Assembly: GCA_963776275.1 (NCBI GenBank)
Contig: CAVZMI010000023.1
Location: 448,001 to 512,000 of the forward strand
DNA length: 64,000 nucleotides
Reading direction: 5' to 3'
From: Ignavibacteriota bacterium
GTDB taxonomy: Bacteria; Bacteroidota; Ignavibacteria; UBA10030; CAVZMI01
Under the pieces are notes generated by a model. It was given only the letters and a program-made list of their open reading frames with translations, was not told the DNA's origin and did no database searches. Of this stretch, positions 41,856-51,936 are shown one piece after another. The position numbers were made by a program, and so were the translations under genes. Position 1 is the first letter of the stretch, and each line of letters begins with the position of its first letter.

Positions 41856-42317
41856 TTAATTATTCTTCCGGTTGCCCTCGACTATTCCTTCCAGCAGTAA
41901 TAATCTATTACGGAGAGATTCATTGGTGATCTCGACGCTCTCGTTCTCCGTATCCACTACATAAATAAACACCCACGTCCCGGTTAATTCCGACGGCTGG
42001 ACAAAATTTCCCTTCAACTCCATTTTCCCACTGAGTGTCGAATCTATTACATTATACAAACCTGACAGAGTATCGTCAGCAGTGACTGTGATATGATAGA
42101 CAGTGTCTCTAAAATTATACCGTACGACCTCTAAATTTATCTGATGTGGATTAGATGAGAGGGTTGCGAAAAATATTTTATCTCCACCGCCTGCTCTCGT
42201 AAATGATAATTTTTGAAATGTTACGGAATATTCTGAGTCGATACCGTTGTCACAGCCGGATGCAATAAAAAAGATAAATATCAATGATGCAACGATTATC
42301 GCCTTGTGGCTTTTCAT
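41856..42317 (-). CDS. Hypothetical lipoprotein
   Basis: Signal peptide ending in lipobox ASGC. Confidence 0.65.
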   Translation of the reverse strand: MKSHKAIIVASLIFIFFIASGCDNGIDSEYSVTFQKLSFTRAGGGDKIFFATLSSNPHQINLEVVRYNFRDTVYHITVTADDTLSGLYNVIDSTLSGKMELKGNFVQPSELTGTWVFIYVVDTENESVEITNESLRNRLLLLEGIVEGNRKNN

Positions 42318-42331
42318 GTGAACCTCGTTTA

Positions 42332-43513
42332 TTATTTCAACACCAACATTTTCCTTATCCGGCTCGACTCTCCACAGCGCAGTTCATAGAAATAAATTCC
42401 CGAAGAAAGATCTCTCGAATGAAATTCAACTGAATACGCACCTGTCGCCTGAACTCCTTCTACCAATTTCCGCACTTCACGTCCTAGGAGATCATAAATC
42501 GTTAAAGATACAAAAACCGATTGGGGTATTGAATACTGAATGGTTGTTGTCGGATTGAACGGATTCGGGTAATTCTGAAGCAGTGTAAATCCTTCCTGCT
42601 TAGATTCATAATTATCACCCCTTACGGCAACCACCTGTGATTTGTTCTTGGAAAATACCCATGGAAGGAGAAATTGATTTGTATAGGCACTATCCCAGAC
42701 GCTGTGGCCGACATTTTCATATTCGGAATAGAGAAGATTTGCCCCGGCATTTATTGAATCGGCGAGCTCGATGTCGTTCATACCGCTACAATCACCGTTT
42801 TTGCAGTGCGTATACACAACATGCCGTCCCGACTTTTCAAGCGCTGCAATCATTACACGAGAATATATGACCGGCACGGTGTTATCGATGGCGCCGTGGA
42901 AATTCCATATGGGGATATGTTTAATGATTTCGACCTTTGTCGTATCTCCGAGACCGCACAAAGGAACCGCCGCAGCAAACCGGTTCGGATACCGGACAAT
43001 CATATCCCAGGTTCCGAGTCCCCCCATCGAAAGGCCAGTGATATAAATCCGGTTGGTATCGACTGAAAACTCCCGTATGAGCGAATCTAGAATATCGTTC
43101 ACCGTAAGCAATTCATTGCTGATCGGAGTATTATCGACAAGATAAGATGCCTCTGTCCAGCTTATGTTCGTCCAGTTATGATAGATCGGGCATTGCGGTA
43201 CGACGATCAAGCAGGGCCATTGCATCTGATTCGAATCCAGAGCCCAGACTGTTGCCATATGGTTTTTTTTCACAGCCTCGTCGTTATCTCCCCGTTCACC
43301 CGCACCATGCAGGCAAAGGACAAGGGGGTAATGCACCAGGGAATCATAATTATCAGGTTTGAATACATGATACGGGAGTGTCGTACTTCCGAATGTATGA
43401 TGCCGTTTCTGGAATTTTAAAAGGATCTCATCCACTGTTTGAGCTTGATTGGTGCCGAAGAATAAAATTATCATGAATAACAACAGGTGCATTACTTTTA
43501 AGGGAGTCATCAT
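42332..43513 (-). CDS. Secreted alpha/beta hydrolase (esterase/peptidase) with T9SS-type C-terminal sorting domain
   Basis: LHGAGERG, GLSMGG nucleophile elbow, HGAID, H; QNYPNPFNPTT...SSGIYFY...KMLVLK. Confidence 0.88.
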   Translation of the reverse strand: MMTPLKVMHLLLFMIILFFGTNQAQTVDEILLKFQKRHHTFGSTTLPYHVFKPDNYDSLVHYPLVLCLHGAGERGDNDEAVKKNHMATVWALDSNQMQWPCLIVVPQCPIYHNWTNISWTEASYLVDNTPISNELLTVNDILDSLIREFSVDTNRIYITGLSMGGLGTWDMIVRYPNRFAAAVPLCGLGDTTKVEIIKHIPIWNFHGAIDNTVPVIYSRVMIAALEKSGRHVVYTHCKNGDCSGMNDIELADSINAGANLLYSEYENVGHSVWDSAYTNQFLLPWVFSKNKSQVVAVRGDNYESKQEGFTLLQNYPNPFNPTTTIQYSIPQSVFVSLTIYDLLGREVRKLVEGVQATGAYSVEFHSRDLSSGIYFYELRCGESSRIRKMLVLK

Positions 43514-43577
43514 AATTTTTCTTTTTCCTGATAATCGTCATATGAGAGCACACGACGGAACTCCGATATTTTATTGA

Positions 43578-44030
43578 TTACAACTCCCTGTAGACATCGA
43601 CGAGATGGATCAGATCACTCTCTCCCTGCGGTACACCGGCTGTGCACCGGACTACATAGTGATTATTCGGCAAATTTCCGAATTCGGCGTGTATCATGTA
43701 CGTACAAATACATCTGCAAAGGTGTTGCGCAGTATCGACAACAGCCACAACAATTGTATCTGTTCCGGCAGTGGAAGTAACGGTGAACCGGTTTGAGTCG
43801 GGACAACAATTGCCTCTCACCGAGAAATCAATAATAAGCTTATCAATAAACGTATAGATGAAAACAGAATCTGAAACAGTCGGCTTTTGCAGGCTATGCT
43901 CCCCACACTTGCCGTACTGATAGGAAAATGAAACGGGGCCCTGTGTTTCAGGGTTAGCCGATTTTTCCTTGCATGAAAAGCAAAGAAGGGCAGTCAATCC
44001 CACGGCTATCACTAACACTGGTTTGTTCAT
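43578..44030 (-). CDS. Cys-rich lipoprotein, copy 2
   Basis: FSC lipobox, NCCPDSNRF, CRCIC; start at MNKPVL after GGAGG. Confidence 0.75.
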   Translation of the reverse strand: MNKPVLVIAVGLTALLCFSCKEKSANPETQGPVSFSYQYGKCGEHSLQKPTVSDSVFIYTFIDKLIIDFSVRGNCCPDSNRFTVTSTAGTDTIVVAVVDTAQHLCRCICTYMIHAEFGNLPNNHYVVRCTAGVPQGESDLIHLVDVYREL

Positions 44031-44085
44031 TGAAATCCCTCCCCGTGATTTGACAGAACGATTAATAAAATCTTCAACGCTTAGC

Positions 44086-44538
44086 TTATTTATTTCGATA
44101 TACATACGCAAGATGAATCAAGTTGATCCCTCCTTGCGGTTTTCCGATTGTACACCGAACTAGATAGTGATCATTCGGTAGATTTTCAAATTCGGCATGG
44201 ATCATATACGGACAATCACAATTGCAGAGATCTTGTGCGGAATCAATTACTGCTACAACGATCGTATCAATACCTGAGGCAGAAGAAACACTGAACCGGT
44301 TTGAATCCGGACAGCAGTTAGCGGTCACCGAGAAATCAATGATCAGCTTATCATTAAAAGTATACGTGAATATTGAATCTGAAATACCTGTCTTTGAAAG
44401 AACCCCTTTCATACATTTGCTGGACTGAAATGAAAATGAGCCGGGATTCTGAGTTTCAGGATTAGCCGATTTTTCCTTGCATGAGAAGCAAAGAAAGGTA
44501 ATCAATCCGATGGTTGTCACTAACACCGGTTTAATCAT
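44086..44538 (-). CDS. Cys-rich lipoprotein, copy 1
   Basis: FSC lipobox, NCCPDSNRF, CNCDC; same 453-bp length as its neighbour. Confidence 0.75.
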   Translation of the reverse strand: MIKPVLVTTIGLITFLCFSCKEKSANPETQNPGSFSFQSSKCMKGVLSKTGISDSIFTYTFNDKLIIDFSVTANCCPDSNRFSVSSASGIDTIVVAVIDSAQDLCNCDCPYMIHAEFENLPNDHYLVRCTIGKPQGGINLIHLAYVYRNK

Positions 44539-44669
44539 GGGAGTCTTCCCCCTTTTAATTCCGAAGATATTGCAATCTATGTAAAAACTTATCGGTTGAG
44601 AAGAAATTCGCGCTGCTGCTCTGGTTGTGCTGTCTATTCAGTCAGCAGACTCTACTCGGATTGTAAATG

Positions 44670-44828
44670 TTACTGTTTTCTAAATCCACGTGAAAGTCCG
44701 CCTAGTAAAACCAATGCAACGGCAAAAATGCATCCGCTGGCTATTGGAGTGATAGTTCCAGTAACCAACAATATCGCGAGTATAATGCAAATCACCAGAA
44801 AGAGAAAACCTGCTGTTTTCCGAGACAT
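44670..44828 (-). CDS. Small 2-TM protein (52 aa), below the ORF-track cutoff
   Basis: MSRKTAGFLFLVICIILAILLVTGTITPIASGCIFAVALVLLGGLSRGFRKQ read on the minus strand. Confidence 0.55.
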   Translation of the reverse strand: MSRKTAGFLFLVICIILAILLVTGTITPIASGCIFAVALVLLGGLSRGFRKQ

Positions 44829-45027
44829 GGAATAATTCTTCTTATGTTACAATCTCCAAGCACAATATGAGTTTGTTCTCATGATTTACGGATTTTGCAC
44901 TCTTCCGGTTTCAAATACTTATAGACTAAAACACAATCCCCGCGATAATTAGAAAAGATAACAATAGGCTCCAGCGACTCATTGATTATTTCATATCATT
45001 ACTTCAATCGAGATTCCTTAGGTTTTA

Positions 45028-46678
45028 TCATCTCAGCACACTTAACGGTAGATTTCTATCAAATGTCGTTTTACTGATCTGAGGATTTTGTTTTCCTCCT
45101 GTAAGAGTTGAAACCGACGTACGAAGGTAATCAACGATCTCACCAAGTGTGACGATGCCGTCGTTGTTCGCGTCGGCCGGGATAGCTTTCATTACACGTC
45201 CCTCGGTATCTGTGATCTTCCCGCCGAGTCCGGCAACCAGGAAATATGTGAATAATCCGTGCTCCCAGTAGACCCATCCTTCGCGCGAGATTTCTCCTTC
45301 GGAGCTTGAGGTGATTGAGAGGAGTCCGGGTTTCGACCGGCCAAGCTCCTGCAGATACCGGTTGATGAGATTTTTATCGGTATCTAGCGATCGCCGCCCG
45401 ATAAAAAAAACATTCACGTTGCCGCTGAAACATGCATCTGAAAAAACAATCACACGCTCGGCAGGAATTATTTTCGTCACGGCATTTTGAATTTCTTTCA
45501 TCGCCACAGCGGTTTTTTCGAGATCGCGAAGCCTGGTGTCGCTCATCAGGAAATACGATTGATCACGGCTGAGCGACGATCCGTGTCCCGAGAAGAAGAT
45601 CATTACCAAATCCTCTCGTTTCGTTTTTGCCAGGAACGAGAAGAGCGCTTCCGTAAAATTTTTTCGCGTCGCCTGCTCGTTGAGAAGGACTAGAATATGG
45701 TCGTCGTTAAAGGCGCCGCCGTTCGGGCTTTTAAGAAAATCGGCAAAAGCCTGCGCATCACGGTGGGCGTAGCGCAATTGCGGGATAGTCGTATCACTAT
45801 ACGCACTGACACCGACGATAACTGCCCAGCGAGAACCGACGGAATATTTCATCCGTTGGATCGTCAGCTTCCGGGTCGATGAATTCCTCATCCGGTCGGC
45901 TGCAGTTACTATTATAGTATCCAGACCTTCATGTAATGGAACACGCTGCACAGTCGTCAAAAACGTTCGGACCGAATCTATACGAATCGGTGTATCATTG
46001 AGAGATAATAATGCCACTCCGCTCGAATCACGAGACCGCTATTTCTACAGAACAGACAGAATCGGTTGTCACAATATAATCGGTACCGCGGTTTGTTTTA
46101 AGTGCTATCTCGGGTCCCGAAGTATCGACTCCTGCAACAATATTTTTGGGGAGCGTACGCATACGGAGATGTTCCTCGGCAAATTCTCCAAATATACTCA
46201 TGGCGCGCAACCGTTTGAGGAACACCGATGCCGAATCATCGACGACCATGGCCCCGTCGTTCCTTTTTCGGACGCGGATCTCGGTAAATTTTTCGGTGCT
46301 GGCAAAAAGAATCAGCTCTTCTTCACCAAAGGGAGACCGCACTTCGAACAGCGTGGGCAGCTGATATGTCCGGTCTTCCTGAATATAGTCGCTTGTATCC
46401 CGCATATTTGGAACCAGCTGTAAAGTATATCCAGCCGCATCCTGATACAATACCCGGACATAGCACGGCTTTGTCGCCCGGACATACACCCGGAAACGAT
46501 CTCCTTCGGTATACCGAACCATCTGAGAATCGGTCGTCATTGTTGAGAGAAGCGGATTCCTGTCGGTCGATAGGTGGACACTAAGCGCCTGTCCGAATGC
46601 AGCCGAACTTAAGAGCAGAAACATCAGCACTCTGGAGAGGATCACTGAGAAAAATAGATTATTCGATTGCGATTTCAT
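45028..46678 (-). CDS. Exported DUF4384 + Ig-like + caspase-family (peptidase C14) protease; +1 frameshift at ~46033
   Basis: Signal peptide ...SAAFG; GDRFRVYV....CYVRVLYQDAAG...LVPN (DUF4384); RWAVIVGVS.Y, LRYA..DA, FSGHG, SDAC, HGLFTY; ORFs join as AVRDSSGV, ~549 aa. Confidence 0.85.
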
Positions 46679-48587
46679 ATACCGGGATCTCCTCATCAAG
46701 TCCTTTGACCTTGATTTTTTTACACTGAACCATCCGTACATGAGGGGAAGTTTCTCGGTAGGTTTCTTCCGATAGTAAAATTCCTTCTGGGGGTGCATAC
46801 ATCTCGAGCCGTTGGGCAAGGTTCACATTTGCACCGAGTACCGTGTAATCCATTCTGCGTTCTGTTCCCATATTACCGACAATGACCTCGCCGGTATGGA
46901 TACCGATTCGAATTTTCAAGGATAGTCGGCCCTCGGGTTCCCATTGTTCTTTCAACGCCCGGCATTGCCGCTGCATTTCACGTGCCGCATGAACAGCATT
47001 AAGCGCATGATTCTCTACTCTTACCGGATCACCGAAAAAAACCATCAGACCATCGCCGATGTATTTATCGATTGTCCCTTCATGCTGAAAAACAATTCCA
47101 GCCATTGCATCAAAATATTCATTGAGCGTACGTTTTATTTCTTCCGGTGAACGACTCGAACAATAGGGAGTAAATCCGACGATATCGCTGAAAAGAATCG
47201 TGAGCCTGCGTTTTTCTCCGAGCGACAGTAGATCGGGCTGATCGACGATTTTCCGGACGACAGCCGGACTAAAATAACGCTCCAGTGTTTGCCGTAGGAA
47301 TTGTCTCTCTCTTTGCTCGCTGAGAGTCCTGAGAATCACAAGACCTCCACACACCATCACCAGGCTGAGAAGACCCGGAAGAGTAAGAAAAAGCACACGA
47401 TAAAAAAGAAACGCATAGACGCACGTAGCGACATGCAAAAGGACACAAATTCCGAAAAGGCCGAGTAGCACCAACGGACGAACACGGGAAGAAAACAGGG
47501 TGAGAAGCGCCACAAGAAGAACCGCCAGACCGATACTCATCCAGAAAGGTGCTGGGCGAAGAAAATTTTCGGTGAGTATTGAATTGACCACCATACTGTG
47601 AATTCCGACCAGAGGAAATTTATTTTCAAGCGGCGTCGGTCCGATATCGGAACTTCCGGTAGCAGTCTCGCCCACGAAGACAAGGGCGCCGGCAAATTCG
47701 CCTTCAATATCAGCGCGCGTTTCGGGATTTGTGGCATTATCGATGATGTTCGTAAACGAGTAATGAGCTAGATCCTTCCAGTGTCCCGGAAAATTCAGTA
47801 ATATTCTTCCCCGGTCATCGATCGGGACAACAATGTTTTTGCTATTTCCACCGGTAAAAGATGCTCCGTGAAGGATGATCGAAGAACCGAAATTAACGGT
47901 GATGCTATCGGGCGGGACCTGCAGATAGTCGCACACAATCCTGAACGCCAGACTCGGATAATACGCTCCGTTGAAACTCATCAGCAGCGGCATGCGGCGG
48001 TACACTCCGTCAGGGTCGGCCTCTGCATTAATGAAACCGATGCCTTTACTTGCGCTGAGCAGCGCCGGCATACTGGCAACCACCGGTGTCGAGCCGATCA
48101 GCGGATTTCCTTTCCGTGCGACACGGATCGACCATTTTGTGCTGTCAACGATTTGAACACGCCGGTTTTCCCCCCTTTGAACGACCGACGGATTATCCGA
48201 AGGTGTAAATGCAATTGCATTGAACATCATGCCGGCCGAACGGGCTGAGGCAATAAACGTCGAATCATCATGCGCAAAACCGGGTCGTGCAAAAATGATG
48301 TCGAATGCCACGCTTTGCGCACCGGCGCGTTTGAGAAACGAGAGAAGATCGGCGTAGAAAGCACGGCTCCAGACGTACCGATCCACACGCGCCATCGACG
48401 CATCGTCGATATTGACATGGGCGATATTTTCATCGATCGGTTCGGGGCCGGACCAGGCATACCGGAGCTGAAACAGCAGATCGCTTGTGCGATCTTCCCA
48501 GCCTCCGACCGTCGCGGGGAAAAGGAACAATGCACCATGAACGAGAATCAGTACCATTAGAGCCAGAATAAGCGACGAGATTCTCAA
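46659..48587 (-). CDS. CHASE2-domain class III adenylate cyclase
   Basis: IDD.S, WSRA.YA, FDIIF, DPDGVYRR (CHASE2); 3 TMs; FSDIVGFT, IDKYIGDG, GIHTG, DYTVLG..VNLAQRLE. Start uncertain (TTG 48587 chosen). Confidence 0.92.
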   Translation of the reverse strand: MRISSLILALMVLILVHGALFLFPATVGGWEDRTSDLLFQLRYAWSGPEPIDENIAHVNIDDASMARVDRYVWSRAFYADLLSFLKRAGAQSVAFDIIFARPGFAHDDSTFIASARSAGMMFNAIAFTPSDNPSVVQRGENRRVQIVDSTKWSIRVARKGNPLIGSTPVVASMPALLSASKGIGFINAEADPDGVYRRMPLLMSFNGAYYPSLAFRIVCDYLQVPPDSITVNFGSSIILHGASFTGGNSKNIVVPIDDRGRILLNFPGHWKDLAHYSFTNIIDNATNPETRADIEGEFAGALVFVGETATGSSDIGPTPLENKFPLVGIHSMVVNSILTENFLRPAPFWMSIGLAVLLVALLTLFSSRVRPLVLLGLFGICVLLHVATCVYAFLFYRVLFLTLPGLLSLVMVCGGLVILRTLSEQRERQFLRQTLERYFSPAVVRKIVDQPDLLSLGEKRRLTILFSDIVGFTPYCSSRSPEEIKRTLNEYFDAMAGIVFQHEGTIDKYIGDGLMVFFGDPVRVENHALNAVHAAREMQRQCRALKEQWEPEGRLSLKIRIGIHTGEVIVGNMGTERRMDYTVLGANVNLAQRLEMYAPPEGILLSEETYRETSPHVRMVQCKKIKVKGLDEEIPVYEIAIE

Positions 48588-48594
48588 CCTGGCC

Positions 48595-49278
48595 TTACCG
48601 ATGCTCGATCGTGATCGTCCTGATGTAGAGTCCTGTGGCTTCAACTTCTGTCGCGAATTGGGATAGATCAACGCGGTCAACTTCTTTTTCATCGCCGATA
48701 CCACGGACATTTCCGGCAATGGCAATCGGCTTTTCAGCCATTGAAGTGAATTTCCGATACTGTTTCCGATATGAATTGATTTGTTGAATTACCTCTTGTG
48801 TCACCTTCTTTGCTGTTTGTTCATCCTGTTTCTTCAAGCTGACAAGCAGTTTCTCGAGTGCTGACAACCGTTCACCCGAGGCAATTATATAAAATGTTTC
48901 TCGCCCGGTATTCGAATCGAGTGAATACCAGAGTCGTCCGCGCGGCATGGTATAGGAAACATCGGTGGAGACCGATGTCCCGATTTCTTGCGACGAGTAT
49001 GGGAAGAGAAGCGTCATTCCCCCGCGCGAATCCTGAAACATCACATAGATATAGCAGCGTGAGAGCGGTTGGATCAGCATTTTAAACGAATCTCCGGTGT
49101 ATAGTACCGTATCACGTTGGATATTGATAATCGCTTTCTTGCCGTCCACCGACATTTTCCCCACTAGCGCCCACCGGAAGGAAATCTGGCGAGGCGTTTC
49201 CTGTGCAATAAGCAGAGAGATGCAGAATATTGCGAAGAGCGCTAATAACATGAATCTTTTTGATATGATCATTGTCAC
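48595..49278 (-). CDS. Exported DUF4384-domain protein
   Basis: Signal peptide; LYTGDSFK......CYIYVMFQDSRG...LLFP...WY.LD...GRETFYIIAS. Confidence 0.78.
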   Translation of the reverse strand: MTMIISKRFMLLALFAIFCISLLIAQETPRQISFRWALVGKMSVDGKKAIINIQRDTVLYTGDSFKMLIQPLSRCYIYVMFQDSRGGMTLLFPYSSQEIGTSVSTDVSYTMPRGRLWYSLDSNTGRETFYIIASGERLSALEKLLVSLKKQDEQTAKKVTQEVIQQINSYRKQYRKFTSMAEKPIAIAGNVRGIGDEKEVDRVDLSQFATEVEATGLYIRTITIEHR

Positions 49279-49376
49279 CTCTTCATTTATTTCAATATTT
49301 TTAAAATCAAACCACCGACCACACGAAGAATTCGAAAACGGTTTTGGAGTACCTGAACATACGTAATAATAGTCGT

Positions 49377-51926
49377 TTATGGCACTAAAGTCATTGGCAG
49401 ATTTCGGTCATACGCACCGCTGGCGAATGGATGCTGCTGCGCCTTCGTCGCACGTCGTACATTCTCGTTCACATAATCGAGCAGTTCGCCAAGACGTACG
49501 ATATGATCTTTGTCGTAGTCTGCTTCACCTTTCAAACCCTGCAGAAGGTAATATGTAAAGACGCCGTGTCCTCCGCCCCATTGGTTTCCTTCCTGAGATT
49601 TTTCTTTTGCTTCAGCAGCACTGAAGGTGCAGATGCTCGGATCTGTACGTGAAAGATCTGCAAGGAATTCATTAATGAGTTCGGAGGTTGCCAATCCCCG
49701 CGATGCTATATCGCCGCCGATCCCGGCGCTGTGACATGCATCGGCAAAAACAATCACTTTATTTGATTTGACGTAATATTTTATCGCATCCTGGATTTCC
49801 TGCATCCTGACAGCGGTCGCTCCCGGCCTCGATATATCCGAATCATACGCGAGCAAATACGGGACATTGGGCCGTGTGGGATCCGGCACGCCGTGTCCGG
49901 CAAAATAAATAATCACAACGTCATCTTCGATGGGGTTTTTTAAAAAATCGGTGATCGCCCCGCGTATATTGACCGTCGTGGCTTCCTTATTTGTCAGTTT
50001 CAGCACATTATTTTTTGAAATCCCACCTCCGCCTTTCTCACGGGATGAGACAAGAAGCTCATAGAAATCTTCGGCATCACGATGTGCATAACGTAACGTT
50101 GGGATATTTGTGTCACGATAATCGGATACACCGATAACAACGGCCCAGTACTGACCCCGGAACACTTTTTCGTTCGGTCTCTTTTCCTCGACAATATAAT
50201 TTACTTCTCGTTTTACATCGAGCGTTGTCCGCGCGATATTCCGGTACTTATCGATCGCTTCGATTTCAATGTGATTCGTTCCGAGTGTAAGCAGTGCCTC
50301 ACTGCTGAACTGCACTCCCCCTTCAATCGGTGAAAGATTTGCTTCGATGTTATTGACTCTCACGACTGCAACACCGTTTGCATCTTTGGCAACACCCTTA
50401 ATCGCTATCGATGATTCCTTTATCGAAATAACTGTGTCGTTCTTCGCTATGCCAATTCCGCGCTGGGCAATCACCTGAGGTTCAAGCAGAACGATCGTCG
50501 GCGGAATAATATCTTTCGCGGGATGAAGATCGCCAGCTGCTGCACCCGGGACGACTCCTATTCCAGGCTGAATTCCAGCCCCCTCGGTTTTCTGTTCGGT
50601 CTTTTGGGCGAGACCCCCTTTTCTCACAGTTATGAATTGATCTGTCACGCCTCCGATTTGATCGCAGACTTCGATAAAATGAGTTTTCAGTGTGTTGTCA
50701 ATCCGTATGGTCGATCTGAACTTGACCCCTCCACTTTTCATGCCGTACTGTCGGGATTCAGCATCTGTGAGTGGAACGAGGGGAAGTTCATTATTATCGA
50801 ATATCACATCGGCAATTCCAAGATCGCCTGACGTAATGCCGGTAAGGGTCAGCGAATCAGAGAGTGTTTCAAAGTCGACCGATGCAGAAGCAGCGACTTT
50901 TTCCGGAAGTGCAGGTTCGATGATTCGAATAGCCGCCAAAATAGGCTGCCGATTTTGTCCGAGTCCTTCAACATTCCATACCTTCACGGTTTTATCGGCT
51001 GAACCTGTAACAAATTTTTTCCCGTCTTTACTCACGGCAAGCGATGTCACAGGCGCGGTATGCGCCATCGGGAGTGTTATTGTCGATTTTTTAAATAGAT
51101 CGATAACAGCGATTTTCCCATCCTTCGTAGGCAAGAGAACATATTTTCCATCGGGTGTGATTTCCAAAAAATGATTTCCGGAAGAACGGCCTTTATATTG
51201 AGAAAGAATCTGTTGTGTAACAAGATCCCAATGAAGAATGGTGTTATTTCCATCGGCAGATACGAGCTGGAGACCGTCGGATGAAAAAGCGCACGCCGCA
51301 ATATAGGAATTATGTCCGCGGAGTGTACCAACCTGCATATTCCGATTCAGATGAATCAATGCAATCGAATGATCATCCAGTCCGCACGCGATAAAATGTC
51401 CATTGGGTGAAAACTCGATTGTCGTTACATTCCCCGCCAATGACACAACACCGATTTCTTTTTGGGTAGTTGCGCGATAAAAACGGATAGTCTTATCGTT
51501 CAAAGCCACCCCAAAGACGCGCGCATCGGGCGAGAGTGCAAGTGCGGTTACCCGTGACGGCATCGAATACATCCTGTCGTACCGGGTCGATGATGTCGCC
51601 GATAATGTTGTATAGACAACCGAACTGCTTTTTCCTGTATTCGTACTCATAAGAACTACTCGTTCATTGGCATTCGAAACGGCTAGAGAATATTTCACAT
51701 CGGTCAGAGTCTGGACGACACTGTCACGGAGCAGATCCCATACTTTCAATGTTGCATCCCAATCGCGCGTGATTAACGTCGTACCGTTAGAACTCAATGA
51801 AAGAAACTCGATACCGGCATTTTGCTGCCCGAGTGTCTCTAGAAGGGTGATTACCGGCTGTGCTTCAATGGTAGCTGCCATCACCACTAATAACACAGCA
51901 ACCAACAGCCATCGTGAATGTTTCAT
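49377..51926 (-). CDS. Exported WD40 + Ig-like + caspase-family (peptidase C14) protease
   Basis: Signal peptide MKHSRWLL...IEA; GH...WD repeats; YWAVVIGVSDY, YFAGHG, FADACHSA, GHGVFTYYLL.GL.G.AD. Confidence 0.92.
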   Translation of the reverse strand: MKHSRWLLVAVLLVVMAATIEAQPVITLLETLGQQNAGIEFLSLSSNGTTLITRDWDATLKVWDLLRDSVVQTLTDVKYSLAVSNANERVVLMSTNTGKSSSVVYTTLSATSSTRYDRMYSMPSRVTALALSPDARVFGVALNDKTIRFYRATTQKEIGVVSLAGNVTTIEFSPNGHFIACGLDDHSIALIHLNRNMQVGTLRGHNSYIAACAFSSDGLQLVSADGNNTILHWDLVTQQILSQYKGRSSGNHFLEITPDGKYVLLPTKDGKIAVIDLFKKSTITLPMAHTAPVTSLAVSKDGKKFVTGSADKTVKVWNVEGLGQNRQPILAAIRIIEPALPEKVAASASVDFETLSDSLTLTGITSGDLGIADVIFDNNELPLVPLTDAESRQYGMKSGGVKFRSTIRIDNTLKTHFIEVCDQIGGVTDQFITVRKGGLAQKTEQKTEGAGIQPGIGVVPGAAAGDLHPAKDIIPPTIVLLEPQVIAQRGIGIAKNDTVISIKESSIAIKGVAKDANGVAVVRVNNIEANLSPIEGGVQFSSEALLTLGTNHIEIEAIDKYRNIARTTLDVKREVNYIVEEKRPNEKVFRGQYWAVVIGVSDYRDTNIPTLRYAHRDAEDFYELLVSSREKGGGGISKNNVLKLTNKEATTVNIRGAITDFLKNPIEDDVVIIYFAGHGVPDPTRPNVPYLLAYDSDISRPGATAVRMQEIQDAIKYYVKSNKVIVFADACHSAGIGGDIASRGLATSELINEFLADLSRTDPSICTFSAAEAKEKSQEGNQWGGGHGVFTYYLLQGLKGEADYDKDHIVRLGELLDYVNENVRRATKAQQHPFASGAYDRNLPMTLVP

Positions 51927-51936
51927 TTTCGTATTC

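Noticed and set aside
45028-51926. Gasdermin- or CBASS-type cytoplasmic defence system
   Set aside because: No gasdermin, CD-NTase, TIR or NACHT partner is visible and both proteases carry signal peptides, so it was reported as an exported signalling system instead.
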